64,000 bases of DNA from Clostridioides phage LIBA2945: sequence record MF547663.1, one strand, 5' to 3'. The position numbers and the translations under genes were made by a program. Within the stretch, counting starts at the first letter, position 1; each line of letters opens with the position of its first letter. Shown here one piece after another: positions 1 to 10,842 of the stretch. The notes under the pieces were generated by a model, which did not search any database, had not been told where the DNA came from, and saw only the letters and a list, made by a program, of their open reading frames with translations.

Positions 1-861
1 TTGGCTAGAAAAGGTAAAATCAAATGTTCTTGTTGTGGAGAAGAAAAGTCAGCAGCAAGAGATTTTTATAGTAGCTCTAGTAAATTACATAAGAGCTTGA
101 GTACTTTTCCTATGTGCAAAAATTGTGTTGAAGAATTGTATGATGAATTAGTTTACAAGTATGCTGGGGATAAAAAAATAGCAGCAAAGAGACTATTTGT
201 AATGTTAGATGTTTATTATGATGAAGACTTATATAATGCATGTATTAACAAGGAAAACAAAGGAAAATCTAAATGGTTAGGCGAGTACATGAAAACTAAA
301 GCAAATGCTAGATATGTGAGTAAATCAAGTCTTGATAATATTAATTCAAAAAATCCAGTTGAAGATGATATTGATTCTGATTTTAAATTAAATGAAATAA
401 AAATAAATAATGATATGGTTGAAAGATGGGGAGCAGGACTAAGAAAAGAAGATTATATGTTTTTAGAAAATAAATTTAATGAGTTTTCTATGGCATATCA
501 ATGTAAAAGACCTGCTGAAAAAATGTTGTTAGAACAAATTTCTAAATGTTTATTAAAGAGTGATGAAGCACTAAGAAATGGTGATGCTACAGGGTTTGAA
601 AAAATGAATACCTTAATATCAAAACTTATGAATGATGCAAATATAAAACCTATTCAAGAAGCCAGTTTAGCAGAAAATGAAACGATTACATGGGGTACAT
701 GGATTGATAAAATAGAAAATTACAGACCTATAGGAGAGCCTTCAGAACAATTCAAAGATGTAGATAAAATAAAAACATATATTAATAAGTGGTTTATAGG
801 ACAAATGAGAAAAGTATTCGATTTAGCTAGTGAGGATAATCCAAATGATGACCAAGACTAG
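1..861 (+). CDS. putative terminase small subunit (5' end may be cut by window edge)
   Basis: Lies immediately upstream of and overlaps the large terminase gene. Cys-rich N-terminus (CSCCGEEK...CKNC) looks like a zinc-binding DNA-recognition domain. Assignment is by synteny only. Confidence 0.4.
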   Translation: MARKGKIKCSCCGEEKSAARDFYSSSSKLHKSLSTFPMCKNCVEELYDELVYKYAGDKKIAAKRLFVMLDVYYDEDLYNACINKENKGKSKWLGEYMKTKANARYVSKSSLDNINSKNPVEDDIDSDFKLNEIKINNDMVERWGAGLRKEDYMFLENKFNEFSMAYQCKRPAEKMLLEQISKCLLKSDEALRNGDATGFEKMNTLISKLMNDANIKPIQEASLAENETITWGTWIDKIENYRPIGEPSEQFKDVDKIKTYINKWFIGQMRKVFDLASEDNPNDDQD

Positions 862-2620
862 AAAGCTAAATAATAACGAAATTAACTCAGATAAAAATAA
901 AGCTCTTGAAGAAGGAATAATTGAATGGACTAAGTTCTATAGAGAAAATCCACATAGATTTTGTATTGATTATTTTGGTCTTAATTTATATTTAGTTCAA
1001 ATTATTCTTATATATATGTTTGATAAATGTAATTATGCGATGCTTATATGTGCCAGAGGGTTTGCAAAGAGCTGGATTGCTGCTGTATATGCATGTTGTA
1101 GAGCTGTTTTATATCCAAATTCTAAAATTGGTATAGCTGCATTTACTAAATCACAAGCAGAACTTATTATAAGAGAAAAGATAGAAAAAGAATTAGTAAA
1201 ACAATCTCCTATGTTAGCTAGAGAGATTAAAAAGATAGAGTATAATAATAAATTTTCTAAAGTAACATTTCATAATGGAAGCACTATAGAAGCTATAGTC
1301 TCAAATGAGCAATCAAGAGGTTTCCGTTTCAATATTCTTATTGTAGATGAATTTAGATTAGTAAAAAAAGAAATACAAGATAGGATTCTTAAGCCATTTC
1401 TAAATGTAAGTAGAAATCTAAAGTTTAAAAAAGATGGAAAATATGAAGATTACCCTCCGGAGCCTAATAAAGAATTATATTTAAGTAGTGCATGGTTTAG
1501 GATGCATGAAGCATATGACAAATTTAAATTGTATGTGAAAGATATGGTAGATGGTAGAGATAAATTTGTACTTAATTGTAATTATAAACTTTCTCTTCAT
1601 CATGGAATATTAGATAAAGAAAGAGCAGATGAAATGAAAAGAGAAATGGATGCTGTTTCTTGGATTATGGAGATGGAATCACTTTTCTTTGGGGAAAATG
1701 AAGATGCTATATTTAAATCATCTTATGTGAATCCATGTAGAACATTAAAAAATCCATTTTATCCTCCAACAGATTTAGAAATATTATCTGCTAAAAATGG
1801 AAAAGTTAAGTGTAATTTACAAAAAAGAAAAGGTGAGTTGAGGATAATTTCTGCTGACATTGCTGTTGCAGAAGGAGACAATAATGATAACTCAGTGTAT
1901 ACATGTTGGAGGTTATTGCCTGAAAAAGATTATTATGAAAGAATGGTTGTTCATATAGAATCTCATAATGGTATGAAGCCAGACAAACAAGCAATAAGAT
2001 TAAAACAATTATTCTTTGATTTTGAAACTGATTTCTTAGTTATAGATACTCAAGGGGTAGGCCAAAGTGTTTTATCTGATTTACTTAGGGTTAATTATGA
2101 TGATGCTAGAAATAAAGAATATAATGCGTTTTCTCATGCTAATACAAATCATTTACATAATAATTTTATTACAAAAGAGAATTATCCAGTTATATTTGAG
2201 ATTAAGGCATATGGACAAATAAATCATGATTGTATAATTGGCTTACTTGATGTATTTCTAAAAAATAGAATAAAGTTACCAATAAATGATGTAGAGGCTA
2301 ATGACATGTTAAGTAGTACATCTGGATATGCAAAGAAAAATTATACAGACCAAGCGAGAATGATATTACCATACAAACAAACTACACTACTTGTAAACGA
2401 ATTAATAAACTTAGAAACTGTTAAAAATGATGGTCAAAAGTGGCTTAAGGTCAAAGAAAAGGGAAAAGCAAGAAAAGATAGATATTCTTCCTTAGCATAT
2501 GGAAATTATCTAGCAAATTTACTAGATGGAGAATTAAAAAAGAGAAATAGTAAGAACAGTGGACAAATAATTTCATTCTGGTCAGGAGGTGGAAACCATA
2601 ATAGAACTCAAAGGAGATAA
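845..2620 (+). CDS. terL: terminase large subunit
   Basis: Start chosen at the ATG at 845 (MMTKTRK). ILIVDEF resembles a Walker-B/ATPase motif, and the long C-terminal region is typical of terminase nuclease domains. Position is the canonical packaging module. Confidence 0.8.
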   Translation: MMTKTRKLNNNEINSDKNKALEEGIIEWTKFYRENPHRFCIDYFGLNLYLVQIILIYMFDKCNYAMLICARGFAKSWIAAVYACCRAVLYPNSKIGIAAFTKSQAELIIREKIEKELVKQSPMLAREIKKIEYNNKFSKVTFHNGSTIEAIVSNEQSRGFRFNILIVDEFRLVKKEIQDRILKPFLNVSRNLKFKKDGKYEDYPPEPNKELYLSSAWFRMHEAYDKFKLYVKDMVDGRDKFVLNCNYKLSLHHGILDKERADEMKREMDAVSWIMEMESLFFGENEDAIFKSSYVNPCRTLKNPFYPPTDLEILSAKNGKVKCNLQKRKGELRIISADIAVAEGDNNDNSVYTCWRLLPEKDYYERMVVHIESHNGMKPDKQAIRLKQLFFDFETDFLVIDTQGVGQSVLSDLLRVNYDDARNKEYNAFSHANTNHLHNNFITKENYPVIFEIKAYGQINHDCIIGLLDVFLKNRIKLPINDVEANDMLSSTSGYAKKNYTDQARMILPYKQTTLLVNELINLETVKNDGQKWLKVKEKGKARKDRYSSLAYGNYLANLLDGELKKRNSKNSGQIISFWSGGGNHNRTQRR

Positions 2621-4073
2621 AAAAGATTATACTTTAGACCAAATAAAGTACTTAAATGAACAATTAAGACAAAGAAATTATGCAATGATAGAAAACACTA
2701 TAAATCTATCAAATGAAATGTATAAGATAAGAAATATAAGTAGAGACCAAGTAAGAAAAGCTATGACAGACCCTTACAAAAACGTAGAATTACTACAAAA
2801 GGTAAGTCTTTTGCTTAAAGAAACATCCGGTACATATAAAAGAATTCTAAATATGATTTCAACCATGAATACATTTGACCATTATATTATACCAATAAAT
2901 ATTTCTAAATTTAAAGATAAAAATGATTATGTCAACTCTTTTTTTAAGTCAGCTGCACTTCTAAAAAAATATCAACTTAAACATATTTGTCCTTGGATAA
3001 CTGAAAAAGTGTTAGAACAAGGAGAAATATATCTATATAAAATTGAAGATTCAAAATGCATAATGATGCAACAAATACCAGCCTCTTATTGTACAATAAC
3101 ATCTAAAGTAAATGGAGTATTAAGGTATGGAATTGATTTACGAAAAATAAATAAAAAGACTCTATCAGCATTTCCAATAGAAGTTCAAGAAGCATATAAA
3201 AAATTGAATGATGGAAGATTAAAAAAAGAAGACTTAATAGAAAATAAGTATTATGAATTAAGTGATAATGCTGTGGCATTTAATATAGATATTGATTCGA
3301 CAAAAGGAATACCATTTTTTAGTTTTTTATTTGATGATATCCTGGAACTCGAAGATATGAAAGATTTAAAGGGTTCTAATGCTATCATTGAAAGCATTAA
3401 GTTAATACATGGGAAAGTTCCTTATGGTAAAGATGGTGAGCCACTAGTTGCTTTTGATTTATTAAGTGCTTACTACCATGATATAAAATCAAACTTACCA
3501 GCTGGTACATCTGTAGCAGTAACCCCACTAGATATGGAAGGAATTAATCTAAGTGATGGAAAATCAAAGATTAATGATTATGTTAAAGAAGCAAAAGAAT
3601 TTATATTTGATAACGCTGGAATTAATACAGCTCTTTTTAACTCAGATAAAATAAATACAGAATCAATTGCAGATGGTGTTATAGCAGATAGTTTAATACC
3701 AATGAGGATTCAAAATGAAATAGAGACATGGATAAATTATGAACTAAATAAAAAGAACTCATCAAAAGCATTCCAACTTTACTTTGTTGGTACAACTCAT
3801 TTTAACCAATCTAAAATATCACAACAACTTAGAGAAAATATAAATAGTGTAGGAGATAGTAGAACAGTATATTTAGCTAGTACTGGAAAAGAGCCAATTG
3901 AAATTGCTAATTTATATAAGGCAGAACAATTAATGGAAATAGATGATTTATTGCCAGTTAAACAGGCTTCATATACATTTTCAAATAATGATGTTGGAAG
4001 ACCTACTAATGAAGACAAAGGTGATGGTGGTACAAATGGAAATAAAACAGATAGAAAAGATGAAAACAAATAA
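2589..4073 (+). CDS. portal protein
   Basis: 494-aa ORF directly after terminase, overlapping its 3' end (GTG start, so start codon uncertain). Size and position fit phage portal proteins. Confidence 0.65.
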   Translation: METIIELKGDKKDYTLDQIKYLNEQLRQRNYAMIENTINLSNEMYKIRNISRDQVRKAMTDPYKNVELLQKVSLLLKETSGTYKRILNMISTMNTFDHYIIPINISKFKDKNDYVNSFFKSAALLKKYQLKHICPWITEKVLEQGEIYLYKIEDSKCIMMQQIPASYCTITSKVNGVLRYGIDLRKINKKTLSAFPIEVQEAYKKLNDGRLKKEDLIENKYYELSDNAVAFNIDIDSTKGIPFFSFLFDDILELEDMKDLKGSNAIIESIKLIHGKVPYGKDGEPLVAFDLLSAYYHDIKSNLPAGTSVAVTPLDMEGINLSDGKSKINDYVKEAKEFIFDNAGINTALFNSDKINTESIADGVIADSLIPMRIQNEIETWINYELNKKNSSKAFQLYFVGTTHFNQSKISQQLRENINSVGDSRTVYLASTGKEPIEIANLYKAEQLMEIDDLLPVKQASYTFSNNDVGRPTNEDKGDGGTNGNKTDRKDENK

Positions 4074-4263
4074 TAAAAGGTTTATTATTGCATTTACAAG
4101 TGATAAAAAAGACGAATTAATGAAAAAAGGATTTGCTTTTATTAACAAAAATAAATGTGGAGAAGAATCATTTTATTTATTTGAAAATAAGCCTGATGAG
4201 ATACTTAATTTTAGTAAGGAAGATTTTAAAGATATAGGTTTTAGCGATGTAATGTTTGTTTAA
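4058..4263 (+). CDS. small hypothetical protein (68 aa)
   Basis: ATG at 4058 sits in the last codons of the portal gene. The six-frame ORF from 3943 is an in-frame upstream extension inside the portal gene and is rejected. Confidence 0.35.
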
Positions 4264-4275
4264 GGAGGTGAGAGA

Positions 4276-5658
4276 TTGAAAGTAGTTAGTATTCCATGTG
4301 GATTTGAGACATTTTCTAATGAAGAGGATGATAGAAAATTAAATGTAAAATTAAAGATTTTACATGAAGGTAAAAATTTAAATAAAACTAAGTTTAATTT
4401 GTCAACTATAAATGAAGCGGAATCAACTTTATCAGATATACCAATACTTGGATATATAAAATATGATGAAGAACAAAATGTGGTAGATTTTGATGAGCAT
4501 AATATGATAACTAAAGTTGTAAAGGATGATAATGGTTATTCTATAGAGTATAAATTCTTAGAAAGACCACTTGGTGTAATTCCAAATAATACAGAGATAA
4601 CTTATACAGAAGAAGATGGAAAGACATATTTAAACTGTACAGGACTTATTTGGAAGCATTATTCTAATTCAGCATATCAATTATTGACAGAGTCAAAGTC
4701 AAAAAGTGTAAGTATGGAAATAGCAGTTGAAGATGGAGAAGTTGATAAAGCTGATGGTTATTATAATATTAAAAAATTTAGTTTTTTAGGAATTACTATT
4801 TTAGGAGATGATGTTGCTCCTGGAATTGAAGGGGCATCTATAAATACATATAGTAATTTTTCAAAATATAAAAAAGCAATCTATGATATTTGCAAAGAAA
4901 TGTATTCATTTAAAGGGAAGGAGGAAAATGTATTGGATAAAAAGAAAAATGATTTATTATCAATAGAAGAAATAGATACTTCTATTAATAGTCAATTAAA
5001 AAATAAGATGGTTGAGGTTGAAGACCCTTACTGGGGAGGTAAATACACAGCTAGAGAATATTATTTAAGAACTATTCTCCCTGAAGAAAAAATAGCTATA
5101 TTAGAAGATAATATAAATTATTGTAACTATTATGGTGTACCATATTCTATAGATGGAGATGATGTTGTTTTAGATTATGAAAACAGAAAATCATATATAG
5201 AAGAATGGAGAGAGAAAAAAGAAGGAGAAGTTATAGAAACTTTTTCTAAAGAAGATACTTTAAAAGAATTAGTCCTTGAAAAGTTTAATGAAAAAGAGAT
5301 TGAAATAAAAAATCTGACTGAAGAGTTGGAAAGTTTAAGAAAATTTAAGGCTGACAAAGAAATGGAAGAATATAAAGTAGAAGTTTCTAGTGTTATCTCA
5401 GAATTTAATTCTTTAACAGAAGAGGAAATTAAGACTTTTAAAGAATCTGCTATAAATAAAGAGATATCTTTAGAGGACTTAAGAAAAGAGTTAAGTTTAC
5501 TTGATTATGCTAAGTTAAAAGAAAACACGAAGAAATTTAATTCAGATAAGGGACTTATAGTTGAAGAAGCAAAAATAAATTATTCATCTACATTAGAAGA
5601 TGAAAATAAAAATACAAAATCATATGAACAAATATTAAGAAAACACTCAAATAAGTAG
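4276..5658 (+). CDS. prohead protease / scaffold-like head morphogenesis protein
   Basis: TTG start with a strong SD (taaggaggtgaga). Globular N-terminal half, then a highly charged E/K-rich coiled-coil C-terminal half typical of scaffolding domains. Sits between portal and capsid. Confidence 0.5.
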   Translation: MKVVSIPCGFETFSNEEDDRKLNVKLKILHEGKNLNKTKFNLSTINEAESTLSDIPILGYIKYDEEQNVVDFDEHNMITKVVKDDNGYSIEYKFLERPLGVIPNNTEITYTEEDGKTYLNCTGLIWKHYSNSAYQLLTESKSKSVSMEIAVEDGEVDKADGYYNIKKFSFLGITILGDDVAPGIEGASINTYSNFSKYKKAIYDICKEMYSFKGKEENVLDKKKNDLLSIEEIDTSINSQLKNKMVEVEDPYWGGKYTAREYYLRTILPEEKIAILEDNINYCNYYGVPYSIDGDDVVLDYENRKSYIEEWREKKEGEVIETFSKEDTLKELVLEKFNEKEIEIKNLTEELESLRKFKADKEMEEYKVEVSSVISEFNSLTEEEIKTFKESAINKEISLEDLRKELSLLDYAKLKENTKKFNSDKGLIVEEAKINYSSTLEDENKNTKSYEQILRKHSNK

Positions 5659-5699
5659 TGTTTATTTTTATGAAAAAAAATAAAAAAGGAGATATAAAA

Positions 5700-6158
5700 A
5701 TGGCAGATAAAGCGATATTAAATTGTGATATAGATAAATACCCAGATGTTGTAACAGCAAAAAATGGAAGTGATGTACTAGAAAATGGTGCTATAGTTGC
5801 ATTAGGTGGTTTAGTCGATTCAGAACTAGGAAACGATTGTTATAAAATAGAAAAATTAACAGAAGGATGTAGATTTGGAATTTTAGACAGTGTTGCACTT
5901 CAATATGATGAAAGATTAGATGAAAGAGATTATGAATTAAAAGCAAGTGAAATAGATAGAGTTAGATTACCTCATAAGGGATTATGTATGACTTTAGCTA
6001 AAAAACATTTTGATGGTGTAGTAGCTCTTGGTGATGAATTAGAACTTAAGGCGGATACATATAAATTGACAAAAAAAACTACAGGTTCAGTAGTTGCAAG
6101 AGTTGAGGAATTGTATAACTTTAATGGACAAGAGTCTGTATATGTATCTTTTATGTAA
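5700..6158 (+). CDS. hypothetical head protein (about 152 aa)
   Basis: ATG at 5700 preceded by aaggag. Lies between scaffold and capsid genes and is followed by a strong terminator. Confidence 0.4.
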   Translation: MADKAILNCDIDKYPDVVTAKNGSDVLENGAIVALGGLVDSELGNDCYKIEKLTEGCRFGILDSVALQYDERLDERDYELKASEIDRVRLPHKGLCMTLAKKHFDGVVALGDELELKADTYKLTKKTTGSVVARVEELYNFNGQESVYVSFM

Positions 6159-6170
6159 TAACAAATAGAT

Positions 6171-6194
6171 GAACTGGAAACAGTTCTTTTTTTT
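6171..6194 (+). terminator. rho-independent terminator
   Basis: Hairpin gaactg-gaaa-cagttc followed by an 8-T run. Confidence 0.7.
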
Positions 6195-6228
6195 ATGCAA
6201 AAAATGACTAATGAAAGGTGGAAAAAAG

Positions 6229-7200
6229 ATGGCTATAGATATAATAGCATTAAAAGATTTATCAAATGATATATTAAATGGAAAAGTAAAAAATTATGCT
6301 CAATGTGAAGATGCATTAAGAAAAGAAATAATAGATATATGCGGAGGTAAATGGGGACAATATACGTTCTTTGAAAATAAATATAAGATATTCCAAATAT
6401 TATCTGAAACAATAACTGATAAAGTAAATAGATTAACTGAAGAGGCATTTTCAGATTTTTGTGATGTAGAAAACTTTGATTTAGGTAGTAAAAAAGAATT
6501 TACAGTCAAAAATACTGATTTATTAAGGATTGCAAATATAGCTGAAGGTAAAAATAGTACAAGAAGACAAAGATTATTAGAGAAAAAAGTTCCTACATCT
6601 GCATTTAAATTAGCAATTGCTATATATGAAGAATTTGATAGATTTATAACTGGAAGAATAGACTGGTCTGAAATGGTAGATAGAGTATCTTCTACATTCC
6701 AACATCATATAGCAGAGGCAATAGCATCTACTATGGAAGGAGCTTATACATCTGTACATACTAATTTAAAAACTAGTGCTGCTTATTCAGATAGAGACTT
6801 AAAGAAAATAGTTAACAAGGTCAAAGGTGCTACTGGACAATCTGTAGCTATATATGGAACTCCAGAGGCAGTAGGAAATATAGAAGGTGTTGGAGCTGAC
6901 TTAGATAAAGATGACAAGAGAAACTTTGGATATGTTAAAAACTTTAGTGGAACACCTGTAATAGAATTACCTAATTATTATGATGTTGAGAGAGATAAAT
7001 GGGCATTAAGCAATAATATTTTATATGTTATACCAAATGATGAGAAGATAATTAAATTAGGTTTTGAAGGTGACACATTGATAATAGAAAATACTGATGG
7101 AACAGTTAGAGATGACCAACAAATAGAAATGTTCATGTCAAGAAAAATGCATCTAGGAGTTGTTGTGGCATCTAAATTTGGCATGTATAAGATACAATAA
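6229..7200 (+). CDS. major capsid protein (candidate)
   Basis: About 324 aa, SD aaaggtgg, directly after scaffold and terminator. Size and position fit SPP1-like major capsid proteins. No motif-level proof. Confidence 0.5.
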   Translation: MAIDIIALKDLSNDILNGKVKNYAQCEDALRKEIIDICGGKWGQYTFFENKYKIFQILSETITDKVNRLTEEAFSDFCDVENFDLGSKKEFTVKNTDLLRIANIAEGKNSTRRQRLLEKKVPTSAFKLAIAIYEEFDRFITGRIDWSEMVDRVSSTFQHHIAEAIASTMEGAYTSVHTNLKTSAAYSDRDLKKIVNKVKGATGQSVAIYGTPEAVGNIEGVGADLDKDDKRNFGYVKNFSGTPVIELPNYYDVERDKWALSNNILYVIPNDEKIIKLGFEGDTLIIENTDGTVRDDQQIEMFMSRKMHLGVVVASKFGMYKIQ

Positions 7201-7226
7201 CATTATAATTAGAAGGGAGATTAAAA

Positions 7227-7820
7227 ATGGCTGGAAAAGCAAAAAAAGAAGTTTCAAATGAAATTGAACAAATTAATGAAAATAAAATATTGCAAAAGAA
7301 GAGTTCAAAAAAAACATATAAACAATTGAGAAGTGAATTAAGGAAGCTTAAAGATGAAATAGAAGTTGAGATAATGAACTTAGATACAGGTACTGTTCTT
7401 TATAGAGATAGAGATGAAAGACTAATATTTGAAATGAATAAAGCTGGAGAAAAAACATTTATATTATTGTCTGATTTATATGAGATATCAAATAAACATA
7501 GAGGGTATTTTGAAAACTATCTTATAACTATAATTGATGTTGATAGTGATGATTATACTGTTGAAGATATATTAGAATATTTAAACTTAAAGGATATGTA
7601 TGAGTATTTAGATGAATATGATTTAGACTATATAAATCATATATTATTAAAATTAGATAATGATAAGTTTGTTAATCTAGTAGAAAAAGCTAATTATGGT
7701 TTGATAGAGTGCTTAGGTTCAAGGGTAATCGAATTATACAAAAAAGGTAAATTTGATTCTCACTATAAAGAACATTTAATAGCTACTAGACTAGGTTTAC
7801 AAAGCTTATTTGAGGACTAG
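7227..7820 (+). CDS. hypothetical acidic structural protein (head-tail connector region)
   Basis: Compact operon position after the capsid gene. Confidence 0.35.
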   Translation: MAGKAKKEVSNEIEQINENKILQKKSSKKTYKQLRSELRKLKDEIEVEIMNLDTGTVLYRDRDERLIFEMNKAGEKTFILLSDLYEISNKHRGYFENYLITIIDVDSDDYTVEDILEYLNLKDMYEYLDEYDLDYINHILLKLDNDKFVNLVEKANYGLIECLGSRVIELYKKGKFDSHYKEHLIATRLGLQSLFED

Positions 7821-7865
7821 GGTGGTGTTATACATCACCTATTTTGTTGAAAGAGTGGTGATGAT

Positions 7866-8501
7866 ATGGCTACACCAGTAAAAGATATATATAAACAATT
7901 TCTTTCTTTAATAAATGATGAGGAGATGTTGTTACTTGAAGAAGAAATAATTGAGGAAATGATGTATTCATATCTTCAAAAGGCTACATTTGATTTTTAC
8001 GAATGTAGAAAAGATTTGTCTATAATAGGACAAGAAGAGTCTTGTATTACAATTCCAATTGGCCAATCAGAATTTATTATTGAATATAATAATAAATTTG
8101 CAGAAATAAAGCTAATAGGAAAATATACAGATAAAGAGTATGAAATCAATAAAGATTATAATATAAAGTATAAAGAGGAAGACTGTACGATAACCTTTGA
8201 AACAGAAACAGAGGAAGAAATCTTATTTAAGAGTAAATATCTAGGAGAAATAATTTCAGACCTTGATTTAGATGAAATAATTATATTAGCTTATGGAATG
8301 ATGATTTGGTGGCTTCAACCTAAGATTCTTAGAGAAGAAAATTTAAAGCAGATGCTAACTGATTCAGACTATAATACTAAGTCTGGTGCTAATATGTTAG
8401 CAAAACTTTGTTCATTAGAAATTCAGATTAGAGAGCAACTTGCCAAATATAAGACAAGGTATTCATATAAAGGGTTTAAAGGTTGGGATAAAATTGAGTA
8501 G
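7866..8501 (+). CDS. hypothetical structural protein
   Basis: Operon position only. Confidence 0.35.
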   Translation: MATPVKDIYKQFLSLINDEEMLLLEEEIIEEMMYSYLQKATFDFYECRKDLSIIGQEESCITIPIGQSEFIIEYNNKFAEIKLIGKYTDKEYEINKDYNIKYKEEDCTITFETETEEEILFKSKYLGEIISDLDLDEIIILAYGMMIWWLQPKILREENLKQMLTDSDYNTKSGANMLAKLCSLEIQIREQLAKYKTRYSYKGFKGWDKIE

Positions 8502-9486
8502 TTATATTAATAATTTTAAAAAAAGAATTGGACTTGGTTGTTCAACTCCTAAAGAAAAAAGAATATTACAACTTAGATTAAGTTTTAAGAAATACCTAAA
8601 AGAAACACCAACCTGTATTGAAGTACCAATAACTGATATAGATGAAATTTGTATAACAGAAGATACTAAAAGAGCTATAGTTGCAATTAATGATATAACT
8701 AATAATGATAAAAGAGCTTTAGATGAAAAAAATCTATTAGTTGAATCTGATTTAGATGTAGATGTGGGTTGTTATCTTTTCTATGATAATTGTTATTGGT
8801 TAACTATATTTAAGGAACATAAAGAAATGGATACATATAAACATTTTATAATAAAAAGATGCAATCAATTCTTTAATTATAAATATAAAGGTCAGATGTA
8901 TAAAATCCCTATAGCTGTTGAAAATTTAACCTTATATTCTGATGGTATGGCAGATAATAAATATACTTCTATCTCAGATACAAAAAGACAGCTTTATTTT
9001 GGAAGTAATCCTGTCACTAAAACTATAGATATTGACACTAGAATAATGTTAACTGGTAAAACTGCATTTAGAGTTACTAGTATTAATGACTTTGAGTATA
9101 ATGGCAGAGAAACGGGGGCAGATGGTCTTATTAAAGCTATTTGTTTACAAGATGCATTGATTTCAAAAGATGATACAATAAATAATATTGCTTGGAATGA
9201 TTTATCTGAAAATGATAATATAATTATTCCTTTTAGTAAAATTATGGGGGACGGATTTATTAATCTAGGTGAAGAAAATGAATACAGAATAGACCATTCC
9301 CAAGGAGTTGAATGGCTCTTAGACAAGCAATATAGGTATTGTAATATAATTAATCAAGATGAGAAAAAATGTGTCATACAGGCTAATACATTGGCTAAAT
9401 ATTCTGGCTTTGAAGCCTTGCTATTGGCTAAAGATAAAGATACAAATAAAACAATAGATACTAAAAAAATAACACTAAGGGGGTAG
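8440..9486 (+). CDS. hypothetical structural protein (start uncertain; TTG at 8498 possible)
   Basis: Operon position. Overlaps the upstream ORF in another frame. Confidence 0.35.
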   Translation: MPNIRQGIHIKGLKVGIKLSSYINNFKKRIGLGCSTPKEKRILQLRLSFKKYLKETPTCIEVPITDIDEICITEDTKRAIVAINDITNNDKRALDEKNLLVESDLDVDVGCYLFYDNCYWLTIFKEHKEMDTYKHFIIKRCNQFFNYKYKGQMYKIPIAVENLTLYSDGMADNKYTSISDTKRQLYFGSNPVTKTIDIDTRIMLTGKTAFRVTSINDFEYNGRETGADGLIKAICLQDALISKDDTINNIAWNDLSENDNIIIPFSKIMGDGFINLGEENEYRIDHSQGVEWLLDKQYRYCNIINQDEKKCVIQANTLAKYSGFEALLLAKDKDTNKTIDTKKITLRG

Positions 9487-9500
9487 ATATATGGGTTTAT

Positions 9501-9995
9501 ATGGCTTTCCCTAACAAGATGATAAGTAATATAGGAGCAACTCTAATGTCAAATCAAGACTTCGCTAAATTTATGATTTATAATAATGAATCAGAAAAAG
9601 ATATTTTATCCATGCCTGATATAAAAAATCCAGTTAAAGAGCTTAGAAACAAGAAAGTATTTCTAAATAGAAGAGTAGAAAAAGTATTAAAAGAAGCAGA
9701 TATTTCAGTTTTTATAATAATGGCAGAGTATAGACCATGTACTACTGGAAGTAGAGAAATTAAAAAAACAAAGATAGAAATTGGTGTTGTTTGTCATGAT
9801 GAATGTCAAGATACAGCAAATGGCTTAAGAGATGTTGCATTAGTATGTTGTATAGTTGATATTATAACTCAAAATGAGGAAATAGCTGGTATAGGTAAGA
9901 TTAAGTTAGAAAATGTATATCAAATGTATAATTTAAGTACTGATTATAACGGATTTGTTATAACTGTATCTGCTGAAAGTTTTGGTGATATGTAA
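9501..9995 (+). CDS. hypothetical structural protein
   Basis: Operon position. Confidence 0.35.
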   Translation: MAFPNKMISNIGATLMSNQDFAKFMIYNNESEKDILSMPDIKNPVKELRNKKVFLNRRVEKVLKEADISVFIIMAEYRPCTTGSREIKKTKIEIGVVCHDECQDTANGLRDVALVCCIVDIITQNEEIAGIGKIKLENVYQMYNLSTDYNGFVITVSAESFGDM

Positions 9996-10798
9996 TGTTA
10001 GAGAATTATTATATTACAGGATTACCAATTAAACTAAGTGAAATATTAGGAACTGTATATCAACCCACTATTGAAGAGCTTATTAAACTGGATATGGCTA
10101 ATTTAGAAATGGTAAATCCATTTTTAGTACTTGAAAAGAGCTATTCTCAGTTATGTAACGAGGAATCCTTTGAATTAAAATGTAAATATGACACTATACC
10201 CATATTGGATTTAATGATGTTGACATCAAGAAAAGATTCTTCAGAGAAAGTTGAATTACTTAGTGATAAGATAAAAAAATCTTTATCTATATTATATAAA
10301 ACTGATATTAGAAATATTGAGTATATGAATAATATTAAAATTGGTATTTTAATTAAATTTGATGATAAAAAGAAAAATGCTTTTATAAGTAGAGAGGATT
10401 TTGGACTAGTATCAGATTTGATTTTAGAGATGTTTTGTATTGATAAAAAGAATTTATTTAAAGATGATGAAGATAAGTGGATTGAAAATACTGGCTCTGA
10501 AAGAGAAAAACAGTTGATTGCACACTTTAAAGAGAAGGAAAGAAAGAAAAGAGAAAAAGAAGCATACCATTTATGTGATTATATAAATATAGTTCAAAAT
10601 ATAAATGGATATATAGAAATAGATGTGATTTTAAAAATGACTTATTGGCAATTAATTAATGTTTATAAGACTAAGATACAATTTAAAAACTATAATGAAA
10701 GTTTAGGCTATGCATGGTCATTTAAATATCAAACAGATATGGATAAAATGAAGCATTGGTCTAAAGAGATAAAAATACCACTTAGCACTGTTAAATAG
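9995..10798 (+). CDS. hypothetical structural protein
   Basis: Start overlaps the previous stop (ATGTAATG coupling). Followed by a terminator. Confidence 0.35.
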   Translation: MLENYYITGLPIKLSEILGTVYQPTIEELIKLDMANLEMVNPFLVLEKSYSQLCNEESFELKCKYDTIPILDLMMLTSRKDSSEKVELLSDKIKKSLSILYKTDIRNIEYMNNIKIGILIKFDDKKKNAFISREDFGLVSDLILEMFCIDKKNLFKDDEDKWIENTGSEREKQLIAHFKEKERKKREKEAYHLCDYINIVQNINGYIEIDVILKMTYWQLINVYKTKIQFKNYNESLGYAWSFKYQTDMDKMKHWSKEIKIPLSTVK

Positions 10799-10812
10799 CA
10801 GTGCTATTTTTT
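10783..10812 (+). terminator. rho-independent terminator
   Basis: tagcactg ... cagtgcta hairpin followed by a T-run. The post-terminator motif is repeated at 6188. Confidence 0.6.
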
Positions 10813-10842
10813 ATGCAAAAAATGAGAGGATGATTTTATAAT

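Noticed and set aside
1806-1994. 62-aa minus-strand ORF inside the large terminase gene
   Set aside because: Antisense to a well-supported gene, no translation signals.
3943-4263. 106-aa six-frame ORF overlapping the end of the portal gene
   Set aside because: Its N-terminal two thirds lie inside the portal coding region in another frame. Only the ATG at 4058 onwards (68 aa) is plausibly a separate gene.
6233-7184. Short minus-strand ORFs inside the capsid gene
   Set aside because: Antisense, Leu/Ile/Phe-rich translations of AT-rich coding DNA. No signals.
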